The notes beneath the pieces are model-generated. The model worked only from the letters and a program-made list of their open reading frames with translations. It made no database searches and was not told the origin of the DNA. A stretch of DNA of 64,000 nt, taken from the IMG/VR virus record IMGVR_UViG_3300002026_002465, positions 96,001 through 160,000 of that record. The stretch is one strand, 5' to 3'. Made by a program: the position numbers and the translations under genes. Shown piece by piece: positions 18,968 to 28,500 of this stretch (positions are counted from its first letter, which is position 1; each line of letters starts with the position of its first letter). Source of the DNA: a virus.

Positions 18968-21723
18968 TGGGAAAAAGAACTTATTTTGATACGCCAGTAA
19001 AAATTTATACACTCTTGACAGAACATCCTATTATGAGTAATTTATTATCAGAATTTAATATTGATAGTGATAATGTTAAGAAAGTTGTTATAACACTTTT
19101 TTCTCTTGATAATGAAATTACATCTACTCCATTAAATAATCTTTATTTTTATTCTGATATAATAGAAGCAATTGCTACTGATTATGGTTTTGATGCTCCT
19201 TATGATGATCAAGTATCTGCTAGTGGAACAAAATTATATGAGTTATTAAATTTTACTCTTTATTTATATAAATTTGGAACAGTTGATAATTTTTATGAAC
19301 AAAATATATTAGATTTTTTACCAGAATATGATAGAGATTATATTAAAAGTGAACCAAAATTAAAACTCTTGTATGAATCAATTGGAAGAAAGCTTGATTC
19401 AATAGAACTTTCATTATCTAAGATGAAGGATATTTATGATATTGATGATGTTCCTGAACAACTATTAGATTATTTAGGACAAAATATTGGATATGAAAAA
19501 GAAGATTACACCCTCCAAAATGTTTCATTTAGAGAGTTATTAAAAAATATAATTGAAATTTATAAAATAAAGGGAACTAATTATTCATTCTCTTTCTTTT
19601 TCAAATTTCTTGGTTTTGAAATAGCATTAAAAGAATTCTTTTTTAATCATGATGTTTCAAATCCTGAAGGTTTTCCAGGAATAGAATCTAATAAAGTTGA
19701 ATATTATTTAACTACAATTAATCCTATAAAAGATATAACAAATAATAAACCAGCAAAATTTTTAAATAAAATAAAAAACATTAATGACTGGGATATTGAA
19801 ATGAAAAGCCTTGAAGAAAAAGGTTGTATAAATTCTACAAAATATATGCTTGGATTTGAACCTTTTAATAATAGTAAAGATAATCCAAAATGGCACTCAA
19901 ATCCATGGACTTATTTTAAAACAAATCTTATTGAATATAATTTATCACAACTATCATCAAATTTAAATCTTACAGCAAGTGATAATGATACTATTAGAAA
20001 GTATGTAAAGTTTTTATCTCCAACTTATTTATTTACTTGGATAAATGTAAATCTATCTCCATGGATTGAACAAATTAATATTATTGTTGATTCTACAAAA
20101 GATTGGAATATATCAATAACTAATAACCTTGGTGATGTTAGACCAACACCGTCACCATGGCCTTTTGGTTTAACTAAAAAAACAAATCAAGATCCTGGAT
20201 TTAATGGTTTTAATAATGATGGAAAGTATTATGATCATGAACCATTAAATGAAATATTAAAAGTATATAAACCTGGAGGAGAAACACTTACATTTAGTGT
20301 TAGTAATAATTTAAATCTTGGTGGTGTTGATTCAATTGGAACAACATTAAAAAGAAATGGTGTTTATGTTAGACAACCAGGAAACCCAAAATATATATCA
20401 AATATAACTCATAAGGGTGATAGAAAAATATCCTTTGACTTTATGGGAATACAAGTAAAAGATTATATTAATATGAATAACCTTGTAACAGTAAATTATT
20501 ATTCAGAATTGCCACAAAGTATTATTGATGATTCTGTTTATTTTGTAACATTTAATCAAGGTAATTATCTTTCTGGTTATTATAGGTTTAATTCTTTAAC
20601 AGGATGGGTTTATATTGAAACAGAAGACTATTCATATAGATCTTATCCATCTACACCCGTAAAATCATTTCCAAATGATAATCAAATAATCTCAAATGGT
20701 AATTATTTACAACTATCATGGGAAGAAATTAAAGGTGCAGAACAATATTGGATTCAAGTTTCAAAAGATTCAAAATTTAATAACTTAATAATAAATGATA
20801 AAACACTGACAACAAATTTTTTTACAAGTAATTATTTATTAAGTAACAATAGATATTATTGGAAAATAAAAGTAAAAAACTCTGCTACTTTTCCAAATCT
20901 TCCTAAACAAAATATATTAAATTATCCAACTTTTGAACAAATAAACCCAGATAATTTTATTTGGACTCCATGGTCTAATAACTGGAAATTCACATTAAAA
21001 AGTCTTCCATTTCCTTATAATAATGAAATTATAAATGAAGAAACATTATTCGTTAAAATAGATAATGATTTAACAACTTTTAATATTTCTTGGCCAAACA
21101 TTCCTGGAGCATCTAAATATAAGATCCAAGTATTAGAAAGCAAACCATTTGTTTGGATAAAAAAGGATCTTGAATGGGTTCAATCTTTTTCAAACTTAAT
21201 GGAAAAAGAAATAGATGATGTTTGTTACGTTAAAGATGAACAAAAATCTTATAAATATACAAGCACCCAAAAAGACTGGGTTATTGTTGAAAAACCAGAA
21301 TCTTTTAGTGTAATAGATCATTTTATAGATTTACCAAAAACTGAACAAAGACTTGGTGATTCTTGGCTTGTTATAGATAATGGTCAATATTATACTTGGA
21401 CCTCTATTCAAAATGTATGGCAAGAATATACTCCTTTATATAATATGATTGGAAATGTCAAAGATAATAATACTCTCTATCAAATAAATACTAGTCTTTA
21501 TTCTGTTTGCTTTTTATTAGCAGAAAATGAATTTTATGAATATGTTCCAATAGAAAATACTTCTCAATATATTTCATCAGTATATGACACAATTGTTAAA
21601 GATAATTCTTTAAGTGTATCATTAAAAAATGGAACATATTATTGGAGATATAGTAAATATAATTCTATAAATGATATAATGGTTTGGAGTGATATTTATA
21701 GTTTTACAATTAATTTTGCATAG
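18967..21723 (+). CDS. Baseplate protein, gp7/P2 gpI-like, with C-terminal Fn3/Ig-like domains
   Basis: DIDDVPEQLLDYLGQNIG and IYKIKGT..S..FFF motifs; two SW..+.GA..Y.IQV...YYW...WS domains. Confidence 0.7.
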   Translation: MGKRTYFDTPVKIYTLLTEHPIMSNLLSEFNIDSDNVKKVVITLFSLDNEITSTPLNNLYFYSDIIEAIATDYGFDAPYDDQVSASGTKLYELLNFTLYLYKFGTVDNFYEQNILDFLPEYDRDYIKSEPKLKLLYESIGRKLDSIELSLSKMKDIYDIDDVPEQLLDYLGQNIGYEKEDYTLQNVSFRELLKNIIEIYKIKGTNYSFSFFFKFLGFEIALKEFFFNHDVSNPEGFPGIESNKVEYYLTTINPIKDITNNKPAKFLNKIKNINDWDIEMKSLEEKGCINSTKYMLGFEPFNNSKDNPKWHSNPWTYFKTNLIEYNLSQLSSNLNLTASDNDTIRKYVKFLSPTYLFTWINVNLSPWIEQINIIVDSTKDWNISITNNLGDVRPTPSPWPFGLTKKTNQDPGFNGFNNDGKYYDHEPLNEILKVYKPGGETLTFSVSNNLNLGGVDSIGTTLKRNGVYVRQPGNPKYISNITHKGDRKISFDFMGIQVKDYINMNNLVTVNYYSELPQSIIDDSVYFVTFNQGNYLSGYYRFNSLTGWVYIETEDYSYRSYPSTPVKSFPNDNQIISNGNYLQLSWEEIKGAEQYWIQVSKDSKFNNLIINDKTLTTNFFTSNYLLSNNRYYWKIKVKNSATFPNLPKQNILNYPTFEQINPDNFIWTPWSNNWKFTLKSLPFPYNNEIINEETLFVKIDNDLTTFNISWPNIPGASKYKIQVLESKPFVWIKKDLEWVQSFSNLMEKEIDDVCYVKDEQKSYKYTSTQKDWVIVEKPESFSVIDHFIDLPKTEQRLGDSWLVIDNGQYYTWTSIQNVWQEYTPLYNMIGNVKDNNTLYQINTSLYSVCFLLAENEFYEYVPIENTSQYISSVYDTIVKDNSLSVSLKNGTYYWRYSKYNSINDIMVWSDIYSFTINFA

Positions 21724-21742
21724 TTTAATAAGGAGATTTAAA

Positions 21743-22549
21743 ATGAATTGGTTAGAAAATATTAAAATGCCTAAAGGATATCTTGAGATAATTATAACTG
21801 ATCACAAAACAGGTGAAATTCTTCGCCATGATGAAGATCATAATCAGATACAAGACTGGACAAGACATGCTCTAACATATTTACAATCTGGTAGATTGTT
21901 TTCTACATGGGGAAATCATGGTGAAACATTTATAGATACAGGTCTTAGTTTAAGTTATGATCACATCTCACATTTTAAAGATAGTACTGATGGAACTGGT
22001 CTTGGAGAAAGAGAAGTTTCTTCACCATGGACATATACAGATTCAATGGCAGGTCTTATTCAAATAAGAACACAAGAATTAGGTGATTTAACAGGAGCAA
22101 CAACAACAATTGGATCTGCTCTTTATCCTTTCTTTCCAACAAAAATGAGATTTGGAATTGGAGGACTTGATGCTGATCAAAATCCAAAAACTGGTATTTC
22201 AACATCAGCAACAAACTTACAAAATGTTTTAGATGTTTTTCCATTCGTTACAATAGATAGAACACGTGCAGTAAATGCTCAACATATTACTCTTGCAGAA
22301 GGTGATATTGGAGTTGTAAATAAAGTTACATTTTCTGTAAAATTACCAGGAGGGGGAGCTAATTTCCCTTATGATAATTATGTTATATCAGAAGCAGGAT
22401 TGTTTTGTGATGCAGCATTAAAAGTAATTAAAAATGGAAATACTGATAATAATATGAGAACAGGTATTATGCTTGCTTATAGAACATTCTATGGTATAAC
22501 TAAGAATCCATCAATTGATTGCACATTTAATTGGACCCTACAATTTTAG
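21743..22549 (+). CDS. Baseplate/tail-fibre attachment (tail-collar fibre-like) protein
   Basis: Follows the baseplate genes; HN.I, MRFG.GG, ISEAGLF, and C-terminal AYRTF..ITK...F.WTLQF; AGGAG Shine-Dalgarno before the ATG at 21743. Confidence 0.55.
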   Translation: MNWLENIKMPKGYLEIIITDHKTGEILRHDEDHNQIQDWTRHALTYLQSGRLFSTWGNHGETFIDTGLSLSYDHISHFKDSTDGTGLGEREVSSPWTYTDSMAGLIQIRTQELGDLTGATTTIGSALYPFFPTKMRFGIGGLDADQNPKTGISTSATNLQNVLDVFPFVTIDRTRAVNAQHITLAEGDIGVVNKVTFSVKLPGGGANFPYDNYVISEAGLFCDAALKVIKNGNTDNNMRTGIMLAYRTFYGITKNPSIDCTFNWTLQF

Positions 22550-22575
22550 GTAAAAACCTAAAAAGTAATATCTAC

Positions 22576-22605
22576 AAGCATACTCCTATGGAGTATGCTT
22601 TTTTT
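22576..22605 (+). terminator. Rho-independent terminator ending the baseplate operon
   Basis: AAGCATACTCC-TAT-GGAGTATGCTT followed by a T-run. Confidence 0.85.
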
Positions 22606-22676
22606 ATGTAATAATGGATTATTATGTGTTATATAACAAAGATATCATATGCAAAATCATTATTATCAGTGGATGA

Positions 22677-23135
22677 TTGTCACTTTTTACTTATGGAATT
22701 GGGACTAATTACGATTCATGTTATATGGGCAAAGATTTTTTTGGAAAATATTTTCAATTTTTTTATGCTTATAGAACTAAATATTATTATGAAAAAAATA
22801 TTATATTAAGTGCTGATTGGATTGATTTTGATGGATTAAAATTTAATAAAATTAAAAATATAAAGGGTGATGTATATGATGAAAGAGGTAATGGAAAAAT
22901 TGCTGACAATTATTTAGTATATATTGAAGATAAATTTTATTTAATAAAAGGTGTTAGGTCAATATCATCCTCTTTTGGTGGCACATCAAAAGGCGTTTCA
23001 TATGACATATTAAGAGTTAAAACAAAGGAATTAGATCCTGAAAACAATCTTGATTATATTACATTCAATATAAAAACTGTAGAAGGATTTAAAAGAAAAA
23101 TGACTCAATTAGATGTTGAGATATTTGAAATATAA
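22677..23135 (+). CDS. Hypothetical protein
   Basis: 152-aa ORF between two terminators; TTG start uncertain. Confidence 0.55.
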   Translation: MSLFTYGIGTNYDSCYMGKDFFGKYFQFFYAYRTKYYYEKNIILSADWIDFDGLKFNKIKNIKGDVYDERGNGKIADNYLVYIEDKFYLIKGVRSISSSFGGTSKGVSYDILRVKTKELDPENNLDYITFNIKTVEGFKRKMTQLDVEIFEI

Positions 23136-23164
23136 GGCACCTTTTTAACAAGGTGTCTTTTTTT
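23134..23164 (+). terminator. Rho-independent terminator
   Basis: AAGGCACCTT-N6-AAGGTGTCTT (one G-U pair) followed by a T-run. Confidence 0.75.
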
Positions 23165-23416
23165 ATGCAAGATAATTATATGACAATATATAAGCATTTA
23201 TATGGAGACAGTAAAACAATAAGATATTATTTTATTGTTGGAGATGATTATTATGTTCAAAAATTGAATAATTTTTCCAAAACATATAAATCTTCATTTT
23301 TAGAAATAAAGGCTACAAGAAGTGATACTTATATAAGTGAATTTACAGATGTGACTATTGAAGATGTTCCTACTAAAGTTATAAAACTATTATTAGATTG
23401 TGTTTTTAATGATTAG
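23165..23416 (+). CDS. Hypothetical protein
   Basis: Short ORF; start moved out of the terminator to the ATG at 23165. Confidence 0.45.
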   Translation: MQDNYMTIYKHLYGDSKTIRYYFIVGDDYYVQKLNNFSKTYKSSFLEIKATRSDTYISEFTDVTIEDVPTKVIKLLLDCVFND

Positions 23417-23474
23417 CTGTTCATATTATGAACAGGCTGTTTTCTTGGTGAACTCTACTGTTCACCTGGTGAAC
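23417..23474. promoter_or_regulatory. Cluster of GTTCA/TGAAC inverted repeats upstream of 23521
   Basis: CTGTTCAT-ATT-ATGAACAG, then GGTGAAC-N6-GTTCACC-T-GGTGAAC, directly followed by TATAAATA. Confidence 0.5.
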
Positions 23475-23520
23475 GTATAAATATAGTCTTATAAAAATAA
23501 GTACTACTAAGGAGGATATA

Positions 23521-23727
23521 ATGCCAAAAATTAGATTTGGAGAATACTTAGTTCAAAAACAAATAATTACCCAAGAACAGTTAAATAAAGCTTTACTTAT
23601 TCAAAAAGAAGATACTTTAGAAGGTTATCATAGAATGATAGGATTTGTTCTTTTAAATGAATATAAATTATTTTCAAAAGATGGTTTATATGATTTATTA
23701 AAGGAATGGGAAAATGGAAAAGATTGA
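23521..23727 (+). CDS. Stand-alone MshEN-like (T2SSE_N) putative c-di-GMP-binding protein
   Basis: RFGEYLVQKQIITQEQLNKALLIQ fits the 24-aa RLGxxLLxxGLIxxxxLxxALxxQ motif, followed by a RMIGFVLL half-repeat; AGGAGG Shine-Dalgarno. Confidence 0.7.
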   Translation: MPKIRFGEYLVQKQIITQEQLNKALLIQKEDTLEGYHRMIGFVLLNEYKLFSKDGLYDLLKEWENGKD

Positions 23728-23971
23728 AGATTTTTTATATCAACCATTTGTTGGAAATGGTGGTTCAAATTTTGTGATAATTCGTGGATCTATTAATGGC
23801 CAGTTTTATGGACTATTATATGACATAGGTAAAATATACAAACTTACATTTTTAAATGAATTAAATGCCAAATATTTTATAAAAACAAATAAAGGTGTGC
23901 CTACAGACAAAATACCAGAAGAGACTATGAGATTATTTGTTAAAAGAGCAATGGATAATGGAAACACATAA
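23714..23971 (+). CDS. Hypothetical protein
   Basis: 85-aa ORF overlapping its neighbours, GGGA Shine-Dalgarno-like site. Confidence 0.55.
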   Translation: MEKIEDFLYQPFVGNGGSNFVIIRGSINGQFYGLLYDIGKIYKLTFLNELNAKYFIKTNKGVPTDKIPEETMRLFVKRAMDNGNT

Positions 23972-24536
23972 TCATGCAGTTTTAAAAGTTAAAGCATTAG
24001 AGTGGTTATATTTAAATGCAAAATGTCAATATGTTACAACTGAATTAAAAATAGGAAGATATATTTTCGATGTTGTAGGATGTGATGGTAGTAGAGTATT
24101 TATAATTGAAGCAAAACAAGATATAAATGATTATATAAGAGATTTAAACAATCCTAATGAAATAAAAGAAAATATACTTTTATTAAAAAAAGAATTTTTA
24201 ATAGATAATAATAAAGAGAAATATGTTGATAATGTAAAAAAAGAAAGAGAAAAAAGTATAAAATTTTTAGATGATAGTTTATTAAAGCTTTCTTCACATA
24301 GATATTTAATAACTCCAGATGGAATGTTAACAGAGGAAAACACTCCACAAGGATGGGGATTATTAAATGAGGAACCAAGAGTTATAAAAAAATGTGATGG
24401 AAACAGAATAGACAAGAAAATAGCTGAAAAGATTATTCGAGATATTTGTGTGAGAAACACCAAGATATATCTAGAAATGAAAGAAGGAGTAGAATTTGGA
24501 AAACAAGTAACCTTTCCAGATTTAATGTTATTATGA
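23958..24536 (+). CDS. PD-(D/E)xK nuclease-fold protein, MmcB-like
   Basis: TE....FDVVG...FIIEAK...DY..D, Y+ITP.G and P.GWGLL pattern. Confidence 0.6.
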   Translation: METHNHAVLKVKALEWLYLNAKCQYVTTELKIGRYIFDVVGCDGSRVFIIEAKQDINDYIRDLNNPNEIKENILLLKKEFLIDNNKEKYVDNVKKEREKSIKFLDDSLLKLSSHRYLITPDGMLTEENTPQGWGLLNEEPRVIKKCDGNRIDKKIAEKIIRDICVRNTKIYLEMKEGVEFGKQVTFPDLMLL

Positions 24537-24760
24537 TATTGTTTGGAGCACTAGTAAAGATGATGAATTAGTTGAAAGAGTTGTTTCTGGTGGAATGTCA
24601 TTAACAAGAATTTTTGATTCAAAAGAAGAAAAAGATTGTGAAAGATTAATTTCTTTGTTTTTTGAAAGAAAAGATGAATAATTTAAAATAATTGAATAAG
24701 ATATATTGAAGCCTCTAATTGCTTCTGAAGCAAAATGGTATATAAAATATAGAGGGTATA

Positions 24761-25171
24761 ATGGAATTTGAACAAGTATTAAACGAATCTTTTAAAAAGT
24801 ATAAATTGACTTATATAGGTAGTAGAAAAGACTACAAGATTCACGATCCAAATCCAATGGTTCTTGCCGTTGATGAAAAGTATGATGTTGACGGCAATGG
24901 AGAATCAATTCTTGGAATAAACCTTAATTATTATAAAGGTGATAAAAGTAAACTCATTGATGATATAAATAAAAAAGACAATGAAGCTGGATTTCGTAAT
25001 TTTGAAATAATGGCTAAATTGAAAAAACAATTTAATAATGAAAAAGATTGGGAGATTGAAGAAAGAAAGAGAAGATATAGTCATCTTTCCACTCAGTTTC
25101 CACATATGATGAAGTTTATTCGTCGTTATAAACTTTCTGGAATAGAAAGTAAAAAACGCAAATTCTTTTAA
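24761..25171 (+). CDS. Hypothetical protein, possibly DNA end-protector (T4 gp2)-like
   Basis: HDPNPMVL...ILGINLNYY resembles the D..PL+...GlNLHY motif; N-terminus MEFEQVLNES. Confidence 0.4.
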   Translation: MEFEQVLNESFKKYKLTYIGSRKDYKIHDPNPMVLAVDEKYDVDGNGESILGINLNYYKGDKSKLIDDINKKDNEAGFRNFEIMAKLKKQFNNEKDWEIEERKRRYSHLSTQFPHMMKFIRRYKLSGIESKKRKFF

Positions 25172-25184
25172 TAATTGAGGGTAA

Positions 25185-25574
25185 ATGAAATTTAACAATC
25201 TAATACAAGAAGCATCTCAAGAAATAGTCACTAATTTTAATTCTTTTTATGATGAAATAAAAACTAAAAAAGAAATTTTAAATTATGGTGATTTACGTAT
25301 GCGTGAGATATATCCATCTAATAATAATTACTCAATGCAATTTCAATTAAAACCAAAATATTCAAATTTAGAAAATAGTGATGAAAATATAAAATATATA
25401 ATTAGATTATTAAAAGATATAGCAGTTAAATATAATCAAGATGCAAAAGTCAAAAGAGAAATTGCAATAAACAATCAAGCTGTTATAAAGATAATATTTA
25501 AGGATATTCAACAGGGAGAAAACATGAATAAAGAAAATAATATAGGTTTAAATAGACTTGGGGGTACAATTTGA
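25185..25574 (+). CDS. Hypothetical protein (possible virion protein)
   Basis: 129-aa ORF with GAGG Shine-Dalgarno; N-terminus MKFNNLIQEA. Confidence 0.6.
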   Translation: MKFNNLIQEASQEIVTNFNSFYDEIKTKKEILNYGDLRMREIYPSNNNYSMQFQLKPKYSNLENSDENIKYIIRLLKDIAVKYNQDAKVKREIAINNQAVIKIIFKDIQQGENMNKENNIGLNRLGGTI

Positions 25575-28500
25575 GTGTTATCAAACGTTGGTCAACAGGT
25601 TCAATAGGTAATGAATATCCAGATCACAAGGAAAGAAATAATCCAAATACAAAGGGTCTTTCTTATGAAGGCTCTGAAATAGTAGGTCCTGGTATTGAAG
25701 GATATATTGAAGAAGATGAAGTTCTTGCTTCTAGTGATAATAGACCATTAAAAAACTTGGTTGAAAATGATATTATTCTTGATAAAAATATTTCAGATGT
25801 TGCATCTGAAGTTGATCATGGAATTTTCAAAAATAGATATAATGAATTTAAATTAGATATTTTAACACAAGATTATTTAAATGATCCTGAAATTCAATCA
25901 ACAGAATTTCTTACAACACTATTAAGAATTAACTCAGGATCTTCTATTATTAATGGTAAAGTTACTCGTATTGGTAATCAAAAAATATTATACTTTATGA
26001 GAACAACTGACAGTTCAATTATTTTCCCTGATTATGAAAATAACACAGATTCAATTTTAATTGAAATAAATGATGATAATTATTTTAATGATTATAATGT
26101 TGTATATACTACAATATCAGATACTCTTCCTAATAATTTTGAATCATATGAAGTAAAAATAACAAATAAATCAACAATAAATACTTCTGTTGAAGACAGA
26201 GTATTAATATATAAAATATATAGAGATTGGGAAGATATAACTCCATTAAAAGCTGACTCTAAAGAAGCAAAAAATGAAATAATTAATTTCCAAAATGATA
26301 TTAACTTTGGTAAAACTAGTGATGGTTATTGGTTAAAATCTCCAACAGGTCTTGGAGACCCAATAAAAGGAACGTTTGTTACTGATGTAAAAATAAAAAA
26401 AGATATTGAAATAAAAGACAAATTTCTAGAAAAAGATTTATTTACAATAAATACAACAACTGGAAAAAAAGAATACGAAATCATAACAGATGGTATTTTC
26501 TTTAATGATATTCAATGGTTTATAGCTGATGAATTAATAGATAAATCAGCTGATATTCAAGATATTTATGTTGATGAAAACAACAATATATATTTTATTA
26601 TTAGATCAAAAACATCAACACAATTATATTATAAGGCAGCAACATCAACTCAGCTTGTTGCAAAACCAATAAGAAATGTAGGTGAACCAAATACTATTTC
26701 AGTTAATACTAGATTAAAACAAATTAAAAATTATTTGTTTGTATATGGCACGAATGGTTTCATAAGAGCAGTTCAATTAGATAGCAATAATTATATAGAA
26801 ACTCCAGCACTTGTATTTAGTAATATTCAAACAACACAAGAAATAACTTCTATATATGTTTGGAATGATCAAATTTGGATTGCAGGTGAAAATACATTAT
26901 GGCATTCTAATCAAACATTATCTTCAATAAGTAATTATTCTACAATATTTCCAACCTGGACATTTACAGAATTAAAATTGAATGATGTTGTAAAAGATTT
27001 ATCAGGTCAACCAATTGTTAAAAAAATAACAACTCTTGAAAGAACAAAAGGAAATATTATTGTTGATACTGCTATTAATACTAATATTTTTAACTTGGTA
27101 AAAAATGGTTCTTTTGAACAGGGAACACCAGGACAAATACCAACAAATTGGAATCTTACTGATGATCTTTCTGAATTAAATGCAGAATTATTATCAACAT
27201 TTGAAATGACTCAATCATCTGGAAGTTCAAACACAGATAGATGGGGAAATTATAAAGGTATATTAAAACTTGGATCTGGTGTTACAAGAGCTACAGTTTA
27301 TCAAGATTTTATATTAGAAGAAAATTCTCAAAATAAAATATATAACTTTTCTGTTTTCTTGAAATCAGGAGTTCCACAAGGTTCAACTATAAAAATAGCT
27401 GAATATAATAGTGACAATGAAATTGTAACAAGTATTGATAGTGGTCTTTTAAATACTTCAAGTGAATCTTGGGTTATTGATAATACAAATGTTAACACAT
27501 GGATTAGACCTGAAATTGCATTTAGAATTGCAAATAATAATTCAAAATATTTAAGATTTAGTATTAACTGTGAAAGTGCAAGTCCTCTTCAAATAGATGG
27601 TGTTCAATTAGAGGAAATTAATAACTCTGGTATTGAAATAACAAATATCACATGTGCTGCAGATATTGATGGATCACTTTCAGGAAAATATTTATTAATA
27701 AGTTCACCTTTACATAATTATTATGCTTGGATAAATGTTGACATGGATTTGAATGGTCAAGGTGATTCTATAGATCCAAAGTTATTAGAAACTTTTGATG
27801 GAAGTGGTATATCTAAATATCCTGTTTTATTAAATAAAACAGGAATTCAAGTTCTTATTTCTAAAAATTCTCATGCAGATGTTGTTGCAGAAAAAGTTGC
27901 AAAGGCTATAAATTTTGTTTCAGATCTTGTTGCATATAGAATACAAAACACAATTCAAGTTCAAGTAAGTAGTGAAATACCAGGTCAAGTTGCTGATGCT
28001 AGTATTGCTACATTAGGATCAGTTGGATTTTTTATAGACATTGTAGTTCAAGGTCTTTATAAGGCTTCTCAATATATAGAAAATTATGAATATTTGTTTA
28101 TTGGTTTTGAAAAATTTGAATCTAATAGAACAGATCAACCTTTCGCTTTTATTGATATTGCAAACCCAACAGGACCACAAGCAATTAAATATGTATTAGG
28201 AAAATATGGTAATGTAATGAGAATCAATGCTGCCATACATGATGATTCAAATAGAATGTATGTAACAGATGATAAGAGAATTTATACTTTAACATTCCTT
28301 AATAACTATAATATGTATGATCGTTTTACAATGGTTGATATTAGTAATAAAAATTCAAATGAATTAGATTTTAGTTCTAATATTTATAAGTTTGAAACAA
28401 TAGCAAAATTTAATAATAGAATTATGTTTGGTGGAACAGTTGATAATCGTGTTATTAAAGCAAAATATGGAATAGATGATAAAAAAGATCATACTATAGA

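Noticed and set aside
24533-24681. Open frame after the MmcB-like gene (..IVWSTSKDDELVERVVSGGMSLTRIF..)
   Set aside because: No convincing start codon or Shine-Dalgarno upstream in frame, too short, and no motif
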